Assembly: GCA_963711565.1 (NCBI GenBank)
Contig: CAVQEQ010000004.1
Location: 480,001 to 544,000 of the forward strand
DNA length: 64,000 nucleotides
Direction of reading: 5' to 3'
Origin: an uncultured delta proteobacterium
GTDB taxonomy: Bacteria; Desulfobacterota; Binatia; Binatales; Binataceae
The position numbers were made by a program, and so were the translations under genes. Positions 48,926 through 57,416 of the stretch are shown here, one piece after another (position 1 is the stretch's first letter; the number at the start of each line of letters is the position of its first letter). Under the pieces are notes generated by a model, which worked only from the letters and a program-made list of their open reading frames with translations, did no database searches and was not told the DNA's origin.

Positions 48926-49120
48926 TTCAGAAAACTGTCGGTGGTCACAGGCGGCTAGGTTCCGTGCGCAGTTCGCCCGTCCGTTTTAAATACTGGGTGC
49001 AGGGGGTCACCCCTGCCTCTTACGGAGCCACGCTCAATCGGGCAAGCTAGGACAGGCCGCGCCCGGGGGTGGAACTGACGCCAACGTCGCGACCAACGGA
49101 TTCTTCAATGCATGGGATAA
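48923..49120 (+). repeat. Imperfect direct repeat, copy 2 (includes a family A half copy at 48986-49016)
   Basis: Colinear with 47991-48223; encodes the gtrA-like tail VFRKLSVVTGG* and the dedA start. Confidence 0.9.
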
Positions 49121-49737
49121 CCGACCCTGCGCATATCGCGGACCTGCTCGCGACGTGGGGCTATCTCGGCATTTTCGTCGCCGTCTTCGCCGGCAACCTC
49201 GGCGTGCCCGTGCCCGAGGAAACCGTGATGCTCGCCGCAGGGTTCCTGGCCGCGCAAGTGCTGCTCGATCTGCGACTCGTGTATGTCGTCGTAATCTTCA
49301 GCGCCGTCACCGGCGACTGCTGCGGCTACCTCATCGGCCGCACCGGTGGACAGCGCGTGCTCGAGCGCCTCGCCACGACCTTCCCCTTCATGCGCACGCG
49401 CTACCAACGCCTCCAGCTTTTCTTTCAGACCCACGGCAGCAAGGCGGTCTTCATGGCGCGATTCATCACCGGCGTCCGCTTCATGGCCGGCCCGATGGCG
49501 GGTGCGTGCGGGATGCCGTTCTTCCAGTTCCTCGGATGGAACGTGCTCGGCGCGTTGATATGGTGCTCGCTGGTGGTGACCGTCGGCTACCTGGTGGGCG
49601 ACGAATTGTATCCCGCGCTGGCGATGGCGCATCAGATTTCGCGATGGATTGGCGTGGCCGGACTCGTCCTGGTGCTGGCGATCCTGGTCTTCTGGTGGAG
49701 GGATCGGCATCCTGCAGTGTCGCGGCCTCAACCGTAG
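49108..49737 (+). CDS. DedA-family membrane protein
   Basis: GVPVPEET..LAAG, GD..GY.IGR..G, HG.KAVF.ARF..G.R and F...N..GA..W motifs; alternative GTG start 49069. Confidence 0.93.
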   Translation: MHGITDPAHIADLLATWGYLGIFVAVFAGNLGVPVPEETVMLAAGFLAAQVLLDLRLVYVVVIFSAVTGDCCGYLIGRTGGQRVLERLATTFPFMRTRYQRLQLFFQTHGSKAVFMARFITGVRFMAGPMAGACGMPFFQFLGWNVLGALIWCSLVVTVGYLVGDELYPALAMAHQISRWIGVAGLVLVLAILVFWWRDRHPAVSRPQP

Positions 49738-49762
49738 CCGCGTTCGCGGCTGCGTCGCCGTC

Positions 49763-50446
49763 ATGGCGCTTGCGCTCGCGCTGACCGGATGCAAGCCGCG
49801 CGCGGGTATCGACCTTCACTATCTTCCGGACTTCGTGGCAGGGTCGCAAAGTATTTTTCGTCCCGCGAAAATCGCCGTGCCTCCCACCACCGGAAATATC
49901 GCCGATGATTTCGAGGCCGGTAAGATCTATGCCGCCGACGGCACCGCGCAGACCCCGCTCGTCGTCGCCGATGCGCTCCACATTTTCACCAATGGCTTGA
50001 TCAAGGGACTGGCGGACGCCGGACTGGTGCCGGTCGTGCTCGACTCGAATCCGGACGACGGCAAGCCGCCCGAGGGCTCAGATTTTATTCTCACTTCGGA
50101 CTTGGAACAGCTCGAAGTGAACAAGCGTTTCAGCGCGGAGCAGACCATACACGGCCAGTACTTCACAATGAGAGCGGTGGTGCGCGTGAAGTACCAGCTC
50201 AAGAATCGCGAAGGCGCGATGCTTTACTCCGACGAGGTCACGGGCATCGAAAGTGAGCCGCCGAATCCGGTCGGCGCCGAGGTCTTTCTGCCGCTCGAGA
50301 CGGATCCCGCCGAGTCCTTATCTGTGGCACTCTCTCGCGCCGTCGGCCTGCTCATGCTGCAACCCAACTTTCGCGACGCCCTGCCGATGCGCGCCGTCGC
50401 GCCGACTCTGTTGCCGACGCCGACTCCCCAATCGCCGCATCCGTAG
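49763..50446 (+). CDS. Hypothetical lipoprotein (start uncertain)
   Basis: ALALALTGC lipobox; host-like codon usage; fills the gap between dedA and the AraC gene. Confidence 0.65.
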   Translation: MALALALTGCKPRAGIDLHYLPDFVAGSQSIFRPAKIAVPPTTGNIADDFEAGKIYAADGTAQTPLVVADALHIFTNGLIKGLADAGLVPVVLDSNPDDGKPPEGSDFILTSDLEQLEVNKRFSAEQTIHGQYFTMRAVVRVKYQLKNREGAMLYSDEVTGIESEPPNPVGAEVFLPLETDPAESLSVALSRAVGLLMLQPNFRDALPMRAVAPTLLPTPTPQSPHP

Positions 50447-50533
50447 AAATGTCCGCCGCGTAGCCGCGAATGGCAGTAACTGTGGCAGCTAGACTATTGC
50501 TGCCAACTCGGATGCGCGCGATAATCCCGTCGC

Positions 50534-51577
50534 ATGAAGCAGAAATCGAAGAGAAGGGGGAGCGAAATAGAGAATATATCGCCGAACTCGCGCACCCGCC
50601 GAATCGTGATGGTCGCGTTTCCCGACGCGCAGATCATCGACATCACCGGTCCGCTCGAAGTGTTCGGACGCGCCGCGCGATTGCTCACCGAAGAACGCGG
50701 CTGGCACGTCCCCGCATACACGGTTGAGATTGCGGCGACGAAGGCTGGCGCGCTCACGACTTCGTCGGGCATTCGGGTGATCGCGGACCGCTCAATCGCT
50801 CAGGTGCGCGGGCCGATCGACACGATCCTCGTCGCGGGTGGCCGCGGAACTACCACCGCGCTGCGCGACCGTGCGATGATCGAATGGCTTCGCGGCAGCA
50901 TGCGCCGCACGCGCCGCATCTGCTCGGTATGCACCGGAGCATTCTTGCTCGCGGAGGCAGGGCTGCTCGACGGATTGTCGGCGACGACGCATTGGCGGCA
51001 ATGCGATCGGCTCGCGGCGAATTATCCGGCGGTGTCGGTCGAGACCGATCCGATCTTTGTGCGCGCCGGCAAAATATTCACCTCGGCCGGTGTGACTGCG
51101 GGAATCGATCTGGCGCTGGCTCTGCTCGAGGACGACCACGGCCGCGACGTTGCTCTTGCGGTGGCGCGCGAACTCGTCATGTTCCTGCGGCGTCCCGGCG
51201 GGCAATCGCAGTTTTCTGTTCAACTCAGCACGCAGCAGGCGGATCGCGAGCCGATCCGCGACTTGCAGCGATGGGTCGCCGATCACCTCGGCGCCGACCT
51301 CTCGGTTGAAGCGCTGGCGCGCCGCGCTGCGATGAGCCCACGCAACTTCGCGCGAGTGTTCATCCGCGAAGTCGGCGTGACGCCGGGGACGTACGTCGAG
51401 AACTTGCGCGTCGAAGCGGCGCGCCGCCGGCTCGAAGAATCCGTCGACGGCGTCGATTGGATCGCGTCGGCGTGCGGCTTTGGCACACGCGAATCGATGC
51501 GCCGCGCGTTTATCCGCACGCTGCACGTGCCGCCGAGCGCGTATCGCAGCCGCTTTAATCAAAAACTGAGCGCCTGA
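50534..51577 (+). CDS. GlxA-family AraC regulator (DJ-1 domain plus HTH)
   Basis: SVCTGAF.LAEAGLL, TTHW, TSAGVTAGIDLAL, RRPGGQSQFS and MSPRNFAR.F motifs. Confidence 0.95.
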   Translation: MKQKSKRRGSEIENISPNSRTRRIVMVAFPDAQIIDITGPLEVFGRAARLLTEERGWHVPAYTVEIAATKAGALTTSSGIRVIADRSIAQVRGPIDTILVAGGRGTTTALRDRAMIEWLRGSMRRTRRICSVCTGAFLLAEAGLLDGLSATTHWRQCDRLAANYPAVSVETDPIFVRAGKIFTSAGVTAGIDLALALLEDDHGRDVALAVARELVMFLRRPGGQSQFSVQLSTQQADREPIRDLQRWVADHLGADLSVEALARRAAMSPRNFARVFIREVGVTPGTYVENLRVEAARRRLEESVDGVDWIASACGFGTRESMRRAFIRTLHVPPSAYRSRFNQKLSA

Positions 51578-51594
51578 CCTGTAAGGAGAACGCC

Positions 51595-52233
51595 ATGCGA
51601 ATTGCTTTCCTGATTTTCGACGACCTCACCACGCTCGATGCGATTGGACCGTTCGAAGTGCTGTGCCGAATCCCGGGCGCCGAGGTGATGTTCGTCGGCG
51701 AGACCGCGGGCATCAAGCGCGCCGATCCGAAATCGCTCGGCATCGTCGCCGACTATTCGATCGCCGACGTGACCACCGCCGACATCCTGCTGGTGCCGGG
51801 CGGACGGGGCGAGGCGAATGTGCGCGAGAAACCGCACATGCTCGAGTGGGTGCGCCAGATCGACAAGACCACGCAATGGACCACGTCGGTTTGCACGGGA
51901 TCGTTGGTGCTCGGCGCGGCGGGCCTGTTGAAGGGACGGCCCGCGACCACGCATTGGGCGCGACTCGAGAAGCTGCGCGAGTTCGGCGCCGATCCGCGCA
52001 GCGAGCGCGTCGTCGAGGACGGCAAGATCATCACTGCGGCCGGAGTATCCGCCGGCATCGACATGGCGCTGCATCTCGCGCGTCGCGTCGCAGGCGACAC
52101 GATTGCCCACGCGATCCAGGTCGGTATCGAATACGATCCGCAGCCGCCGTTCGACGGCACCGCGGGCCGCGCACCTGCGGACGTCATGGAAGTCCTGCGG
52201 CCCCGGTACCAACGGCCGTCCGCGTCGAATTGA
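51595..52233 (+). CDS. DJ-1/PfpI family protein (isonitrile hydratase-like)
   Basis: LD..GP.EVL, VPGG, SVCTGS..LGAAGLL, ATTHW, AAGVSAGIDMAL and EYDPQPPF motifs. Confidence 0.93.
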   Translation: MRIAFLIFDDLTTLDAIGPFEVLCRIPGAEVMFVGETAGIKRADPKSLGIVADYSIADVTTADILLVPGGRGEANVREKPHMLEWVRQIDKTTQWTTSVCTGSLVLGAAGLLKGRPATTHWARLEKLREFGADPRSERVVEDGKIITAAGVSAGIDMALHLARRVAGDTIAHAIQVGIEYDPQPPFDGTAGRAPADVMEVLRPRYQRPSASN

Positions 52234-52296
52234 GCATTCGAACTCAAGTCGGCGGTGGGACTATAAGTAGTTGCAACGCTACCGGAGGCCACCGCC

Positions 52297-53247
52297 ATGA
52301 CCGATGAGTTCAAGGACCGGATCGACGTCCATTTCCATTATCTGAGCCCCGAATATCGCGAGAAAATGATCGATGCGGTTGGCGGTTGGGCCGACGGGTT
52401 TCCCGCACCGCAATGGAGCGTCGAGGCGACGCTCGCGATGATGGATCGGATGAACATCGCGACCGGGATGCTGTCGGTGTCTTCTCCGGGAGTGCATTTC
52501 GGCAACGATAAGAACGCCCGCTTGCTGGCGCGATCCGTCAACGAGTTCGCCGCGCGCATGATTGGCGAGCATCGCGGGCGCTTTGGCGGCTTCGCGAGCC
52601 TGCCGCTTCCGGACGTTGACGGTGCGCTGAACGAGATTGCCTATGCGCTCGATACGCTCAAGCTCGACGGCGTAGTCATGCTGACGAACTTCAACGGCGT
52701 GTACCTCGGCGACAAGCGGCTGGATCCGGTCTTCGACGAGCTCAACCGCCGCGGCGCGGTGGTCTTCATTCATCCAACGTCGCCGACATGCTGGCAGCAG
52801 AGCGCGCTCGGATATCCGCGGCCGATGATCGAGTTCACCTTCGACAGCACGCGAGCGGTGGTCAACCTGATATTCAGCGGCACGACGGCGCGATGTCCGA
52901 AACTCCGGATCATCGTGCCTCACGCGGGCGGCACTATTCCGTTCCTGGCGCGGCGAATCGGAATGTTCGGCAGCGGTCTGGCCGGCGGTACTCCGGTGCC
53001 CGTGGAAGAGCATCTGCGCCGGCTCTATTACGATCTTGCGGGCTCACCGGGCTCGAACGCGCTCGCGCCGCTACTCGAGATGACGGAACGCTCGCATATC
53101 CTCTACGGCAGCGACTACGTACACACGCCCGAGGCGATCGTGTCGGCGCATCTGGCGGAATTGCTGAGCAGCAAGTTGTTGTCGCTGGAAGACTTCCGCG
53201 CAATCGGACGCGGCAACGCGCTCGCGCTATTTCCGCAGCTCAGTTGA
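52297..53247 (+). CDS. Amidohydrolase_2 family (aromatic acid decarboxylase-like)
   Basis: IDVHFH, FA.LPLPD, FIHP, EF.FD.TR, HAGG.IP and GSDY motifs. Confidence 0.92.
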   Translation: MTDEFKDRIDVHFHYLSPEYREKMIDAVGGWADGFPAPQWSVEATLAMMDRMNIATGMLSVSSPGVHFGNDKNARLLARSVNEFAARMIGEHRGRFGGFASLPLPDVDGALNEIAYALDTLKLDGVVMLTNFNGVYLGDKRLDPVFDELNRRGAVVFIHPTSPTCWQQSALGYPRPMIEFTFDSTRAVVNLIFSGTTARCPKLRIIVPHAGGTIPFLARRIGMFGSGLAGGTPVPVEEHLRRLYYDLAGSPGSNALAPLLEMTERSHILYGSDYVHTPEAIVSAHLAELLSSKLLSLEDFRAIGRGNALALFPQLS

Positions 53248-53313
53248 ATGTGAAACCCGCCTGGGTTTCACGCTTCCTTGGGCAGGGGTGACCCCTGCAC
53301 CCAGTGTTAAGAC
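53244..53313 (+). repeat. Repeat family A, full copy
   Basis: TTGAATGTGAAACCCGCCTGGGTTTCACGCTTCCTTGGGCAGGGGTGACCCCTGCACCCAGTGTTAAGAC, overlapping the upstream TGA stop. Confidence 0.92.
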
Positions 53314-53315
53314 AT

Positions 53316-54269
53316 CTAAAGCGGGAAGCGTTCGTTGACCATCTGTTCACTCTTGCGCCACAGGTCGTTCGCGTGGGCCAGGTTCAAAGCGTATGAGCGG
53401 ACGCCGACGCGCGAGGTCGCGTCGTCATTCACCTCGCATACGTGACAGTCTTCGCAATAGCGCCCGCCAACCGCGTCGGCCGGTGCGACAAATCCGCTCC
53501 AAACCGAAGTCGCCGAGCCTTGCGGGACACTCTTGAAACGAAACGCCGGCGCCTGACCCGGCTTTGCCCCGCGGTTTATGCGGGCCATCATCTGCTCGAC
53601 GAGTTCCGGCGTCATATGGCGCCCGAGCTCAGTCTGGATTCCGCCGGGATGGAGTGAGGTCGCGCGCACGCCGCGACCCTTGAGCCGGCTGTCGAGTGCG
53701 ACCGCGTACAGAATATTTGCGGTCTTCGATCGGCCGTACGCGGTGAATGCCTGATAAGGAGTCCGCTCGAAATTCGGATCCTCGATATCAACGTCGCTGA
53801 TCTGATGACCCGCCGAAGAGAGCGTGACAACTCGCGCGCTGGACTTCAGCAGCGGCACGAGCCGGTTGACGAACACGAAATGTCCCAGGTGATTGGTTCC
53901 GAATTGCGTTTCGAAGCCGTCCTGGGTCTTGCCTTGCGGACACGCCATCACACCGGCGTTAGCGATGATCACGTCGAAAGGTTTGGCGCGCTTCAACAGA
54001 TCCTCCGCCGCCTTGCGCACGCTGGCTAGCGACGCGAGATCCATTTCGACCAGCTCAACCGATGGATTCCCCGCTGCCGCGAGCGCCCGCCGAGCTTTCT
54101 CCAGATCGCGCGCCGTGCCGACGACAGTGGCGCCGTGCGCGACGAGCGAGCGGGCGGTCTCGACGCCGAGGCCGGCCGAGACGCCGGTTACGAGTACCCG
54201 CTTGCCCGTAAGATTGACGCCTTCGAGTACTTCGTCGGCCGTCGATTCCGATCCAAAAGTCTTAGCCAT
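53316..54269 (-). CDS. SDR oxidoreductase (retinol dehydrogenase-like)
   Basis: TG.S.GLG, NAGVMA, GFE.QFGTNHLGHF, Y..SK and HPG.I.T.L motifs. Confidence 0.93.
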   Translation of the reverse strand: MAKTFGSESTADEVLEGVNLTGKRVLVTGVSAGLGVETARSLVAHGATVVGTARDLEKARRALAAAGNPSVELVEMDLASLASVRKAAEDLLKRAKPFDVIIANAGVMACPQGKTQDGFETQFGTNHLGHFVFVNRLVPLLKSSARVVTLSSAGHQISDVDIEDPNFERTPYQAFTAYGRSKTANILYAVALDSRLKGRGVRATSLHPGGIQTELGRHMTPELVEQMMARINRGAKPGQAPAFRFKSVPQGSATSVWSGFVAPADAVGGRYCEDCHVCEVNDDATSRVGVRSYALNLAHANDLWRKSEQMVNERFPL

Positions 54270-54565
54270 TGTGCTTCTCCCCAATCTCCAATTTTGTATA
54301 AGCCATCAGCGCCTTGCCGGAATCGAGCAGGATCATAACGCGCGGCATCCAAGTCCGCTCGCGGTTCAGGTTTCGCGAGAGCGACTCGCCGTAGTATGCG
54401 ACGAGCTCGCGCTGTTCGTCCGGCTTCGGCGCGGCGAAAGCTAACGCCAGATTCGCACCAAGTGGGAATCCAGGCAAGCCGACGACTTCCGTTCAAGTCG
54501 CCAGTTGCTTTGAACGATTGGCAACCAGGCTTGCGTCGGCCGCCGGAGCGTTCAGATCGGCTCTG

Positions 54566-54970
54566 TTAGTGCTTGTCGCCGCCGGCGGGACGAGCGTGCC
54601 CGTCGTGCACTTCATCACCCTTGAAGTTGGCGACCTGCTCGGGATGCTTTGCCGGCTCGGGTTTTTCACCAACCTTCGGAACTGGGCCTTTATAGCCGCG
54701 CTGAACATCGTAATGGGTATCTACGTGGCCCTGGAAGTGCGCAGGGCCGTGATACCAGGGGCCCGCGCCAACGAACACGCCACCTGAAAACCACTCCGGG
54801 CCGTAGTAGCCGTAAGGAGCACAACCATAAGGAGCATAGTCATAGTAACCGTAGGGGCACTCTGGCTCCGGGCCAATGTTTATGGTGACCTGAGCTTCTG
54901 CTTTGGGAGCGGCGAACGCTAAGCAGACTCCAGCTACAGCAAGGATCGCAAGAAGTTTTAATCTGTTCAT
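54566..54970 (-). CDS. Small secreted Tyr/Gly/Pro-rich hypothetical protein
   Basis: Signal peptide ending AEA-Q; CPYGYYDYAPYGCAPYGYYGPEWF.GGVFVGAGPW. Confidence 0.75.
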   Translation of the reverse strand: MNRLKLLAILAVAGVCLAFAAPKAEAQVTINIGPEPECPYGYYDYAPYGCAPYGYYGPEWFSGGVFVGAGPWYHGPAHFQGHVDTHYDVQRGYKGPVPKVGEKPEPAKHPEQVANFKGDEVHDGHARPAGGDKH

Positions 54971-55197
54971 AGGTACCCTTAATTGCATCAGTGCGGGAGT
55001 TGTTATCACTTGATTATCATAAGTCGGGTCGATGCGCGGGACAAAAGTGACTCGATTTCAAAAATATAGTAGAGGGCGTTCCGTAGGAGACCGGCGGACC
55101 GCTAGCGGCGGCTGAATGGTCGGTTAAATGAGCAGAGGATGCTTTTTGCCTAATTGGTAGATTGTTTCTGATCTCGGAGAAAGGTGCGCAAAGCGGA

Positions 55198-55752
55198 ATG
55201 CCTCGTCCTCTACACGTCTCTTTTGTCGCCGGCGCTTCGGGTCCGTGGCGCATTGACGGAATTACGCCAGTGACCGGAGCCAGCCTTCCGCCGGCTGAGA
55301 GGCTGCGGGTCGTGGAAAGTTTCGAGACGCCGGCCTCCATCGGCGGGATTTGGACTCTGCGAGGCGTCACGAGCAACGTCCGCTACACCAACGAGCATGA
55401 GCTCGACGCCCTGGTTGAACGTCAGCAAGGACTCGGGCGTGCGAACGCTACGCGGGCGGCGCTCATCCCGATACGCAAAACAGAGGCATGGTGGGCGCTC
55501 GCTCAAGATCAGCGGCGAACCATTCTCGAAGAGCAATCGCGCCACATCGGTATTGGCCTGGAATATCTGCCGGCGGTCGCCAGACGGTTGCATCACAGTC
55601 GCGAACTCGATGAGCCGTTTGATTTCCTCACCTGGTTCGAATACGCGCCGGAGCACAGCACGGCTTTCGAAGAGTTGGTGCGCCGGCTACGCGAGACGAG
55701 CGAATGGAAATATGTCGACCGCGAAGTTGATATTCGTTTGAGCCGTCAATAA
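55198..55752 (+). CDS. cld: Chlorite dismutase, short (clade 2-like) form
   Basis: W.LRG.TSN.RY, LIPI.K..AWW, R..I.EE..HI..G..YLP.VARRLHH, FDFLTWFE and LR...EW.YV.REV motifs. Confidence 0.85.
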   Translation: MPRPLHVSFVAGASGPWRIDGITPVTGASLPPAERLRVVESFETPASIGGIWTLRGVTSNVRYTNEHELDALVERQQGLGRANATRAALIPIRKTEAWWALAQDQRRTILEEQSRHIGIGLEYLPAVARRLHHSRELDEPFDFLTWFEYAPEHSTAFEELVRRLRETSEWKYVDREVDIRLSRQ

Positions 55753-55772
55753 GGACCGGCGTCCCTTCGGGG

Positions 55773-57416
55773 TCAAACAGTTTTGCCTTTGCGCGAATCT
55801 TCCCGTTTGCGGAGTTCGACGCGGCGGATTTTTCCGCTGACGGTCTTGGGCAGCTCGTCGATGAATTCGATCTCGCGCGGATATTTGTAGGGAGCAGTTA
55901 CTCGCTTGCAATGCTCTTGCAGTTCGGTGATCAGGCGTTCGTTCGGTTCGGCGCCCGGGCGGAGTTTTATGAAAGCCTTTACGATCGCGCCGCGATCTGC
56001 GTCGGGCGATGCTACTACTGCCGATTCCATCACGGCGGGATGTTCGAGCAGGGCGCTTTCCACTTCGAATGGACCGATTCGGTAACCGGCGGAAATTATC
56101 ACGTCGTCAGCGCGGCCCACGAACCATAGGTAGCCGTCGGCGTCGCGAGTGGCCTGGTCGCCGGTTAGATACCAATCGCCACGAAACACGCCGGCGGTCT
56201 CTTCGGCGTTTTTCCAATACTCCAGAAAGAGCGACGGCGGCCGCTCGGGAGTCACGCGCACCGCGATTTCGCCAAGTTCGTCGATGCCGGTTTCGGCGAG
56301 ATCGTTGTTGATGACGCGGACATCGTGGCCGGGAAATGGGACACCCATCGAGCCCGGCTTCACCTGCATTCCAGGCATGTTGGCGGCGAGGATCGTCGTC
56401 TCGGTCTGGCCGTAGCCGTCGTGAATCGTGAGGCCGAGCTGCTCGCGCCAGACTTCGATCACTTCCGGATTCAGCGGCTCTCCCGCTCCGGTGCAATGTC
56501 TCAGGTTGGGGAATGAGTAGTCAGTGAGATTCTGCTTAATGAGTATTCGATACTCAGTCGGCGGCGCGCAGAAAGTAGTAATCCGGTAGCGCGCGAGCAA
56601 GTCGAGTTCTTTGGCGGCGTCGAAGCGGCCGTTGTACATGAAGGTCGTCACCCCGTTCATCCACGGCCCGAACAGCACGCCGTACGCGGCCTTGGCCCAT
56701 CCGGTGTCCGAGGTCGTCCAATGGATATCGCCCGGCCGCAAGTCCAGCCAGTTGAGGCCCGTGAATTTGTGACTGTAGGTATAGCCGTGACTATGCAGCA
56801 CCGCTTTCGGCTCGCGCGTCGTGCCGGAAGTGTAATAGCAAATCGCCGGCTCCGACGACTTCGTGTTCGCGGGCTTGAACGCGGGCGACGAGTGACCCAT
56901 GTATTCCTGCAAGCTGATCCATCCAGTGCGGGCTGCGGCGGTAATGAGATAGTGCTCGAGGCCGGGGCATTCCTTGCGCAGGTCGGCGACCATCGTGGCG
57001 TTCTCGACGCCGGCGATTATCGCGCGCGCGCCGGAATGGTTCGCGCGATAGATCAAGTCCTTCTCGCGCAGCATCGAGGTGCACGGAATGACGATCGCGC
57101 CGAGCCGGAGCGCGCCGATATACGCGGCCTGCCACAGCGTGATTCGCGGCAGCACCAGCATGACGGCGTCGCCGCGCTTGATGCCGTGGCCGGCGAGCAC
57201 GTTGGCGATACGCTTCGATTGCGCGGCGATGTCGGCGAAGGTCAGGCGCGCGCGCTTGCCCTCGCTGTCTTCCCACAGAATGGCGACACGGCGAGGATCT
57301 TCGGCGAACTGGTCGATGACGGCGGCGAAGTTGAAATGCTCCGGCGTCTCCCAGCGGAAGTCGCGATACGCACGCCGATACGCCTCGGCGGCGTCAGGTT
57401 TTACCGAATCGCTCAT
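55773..57416 (-). CDS. Medium-chain/aryl acyl-CoA synthetase
   Basis: YTSGTT..PK, DTGWAK, GAGEPLN, GYGQTET, GRADDVI..GYRIGPFEVES and PKT.SGKIRR motifs; ATGA overlap with the upstream gene. Confidence 0.95.
   Translation of the reverse strand: MSDSVKPDAAEAYRRAYRDFRWETPEHFNFAAVIDQFAEDPRRVAILWEDSEGKRARLTFADIAAQSKRIANVLAGHGIKRGDAVMLVLPRITLWQAAYIGALRLGAIVIPCTSMLREKDLIYRANHSGARAIIAGVENATMVADLRKECPGLEHYLITAAARTGWISLQEYMGHSSPAFKPANTKSSEPAICYYTSGTTREPKAVLHSHGYTYSHKFTGLNWLDLRPGDIHWTTSDTGWAKAAYGVLFGPWMNGVTTFMYNGRFDAAKELDLLARYRITTFCAPPTEYRILIKQNLTDYSFPNLRHCTGAGEPLNPEVIEVWREQLGLTIHDGYGQTETTILAANMPGMQVKPGSMGVPFPGHDVRVINNDLAETGIDELGEIAVRVTPERPPSLFLEYWKNAEETAGVFRGDWYLTGDQATRDADGYLWFVGRADDVIISAGYRIGPFEVESALLEHPAVMESAVVASPDADRGAIVKAFIKLRPGAEPNERLITELQEHCKRVTAPYKYPREIEFIDELPKTVSGKIRRVELRKREDSRKGKTV

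Noticed and set aside
7285-53313. Family A repeats as integron attC sites or plain terminators
   Set aside because: Orientations are mixed, there is no RYYYAAC/GTTRRRY cassette array and no integrase; there is no U-tract, and one copy lies in a divergent promoter gap.
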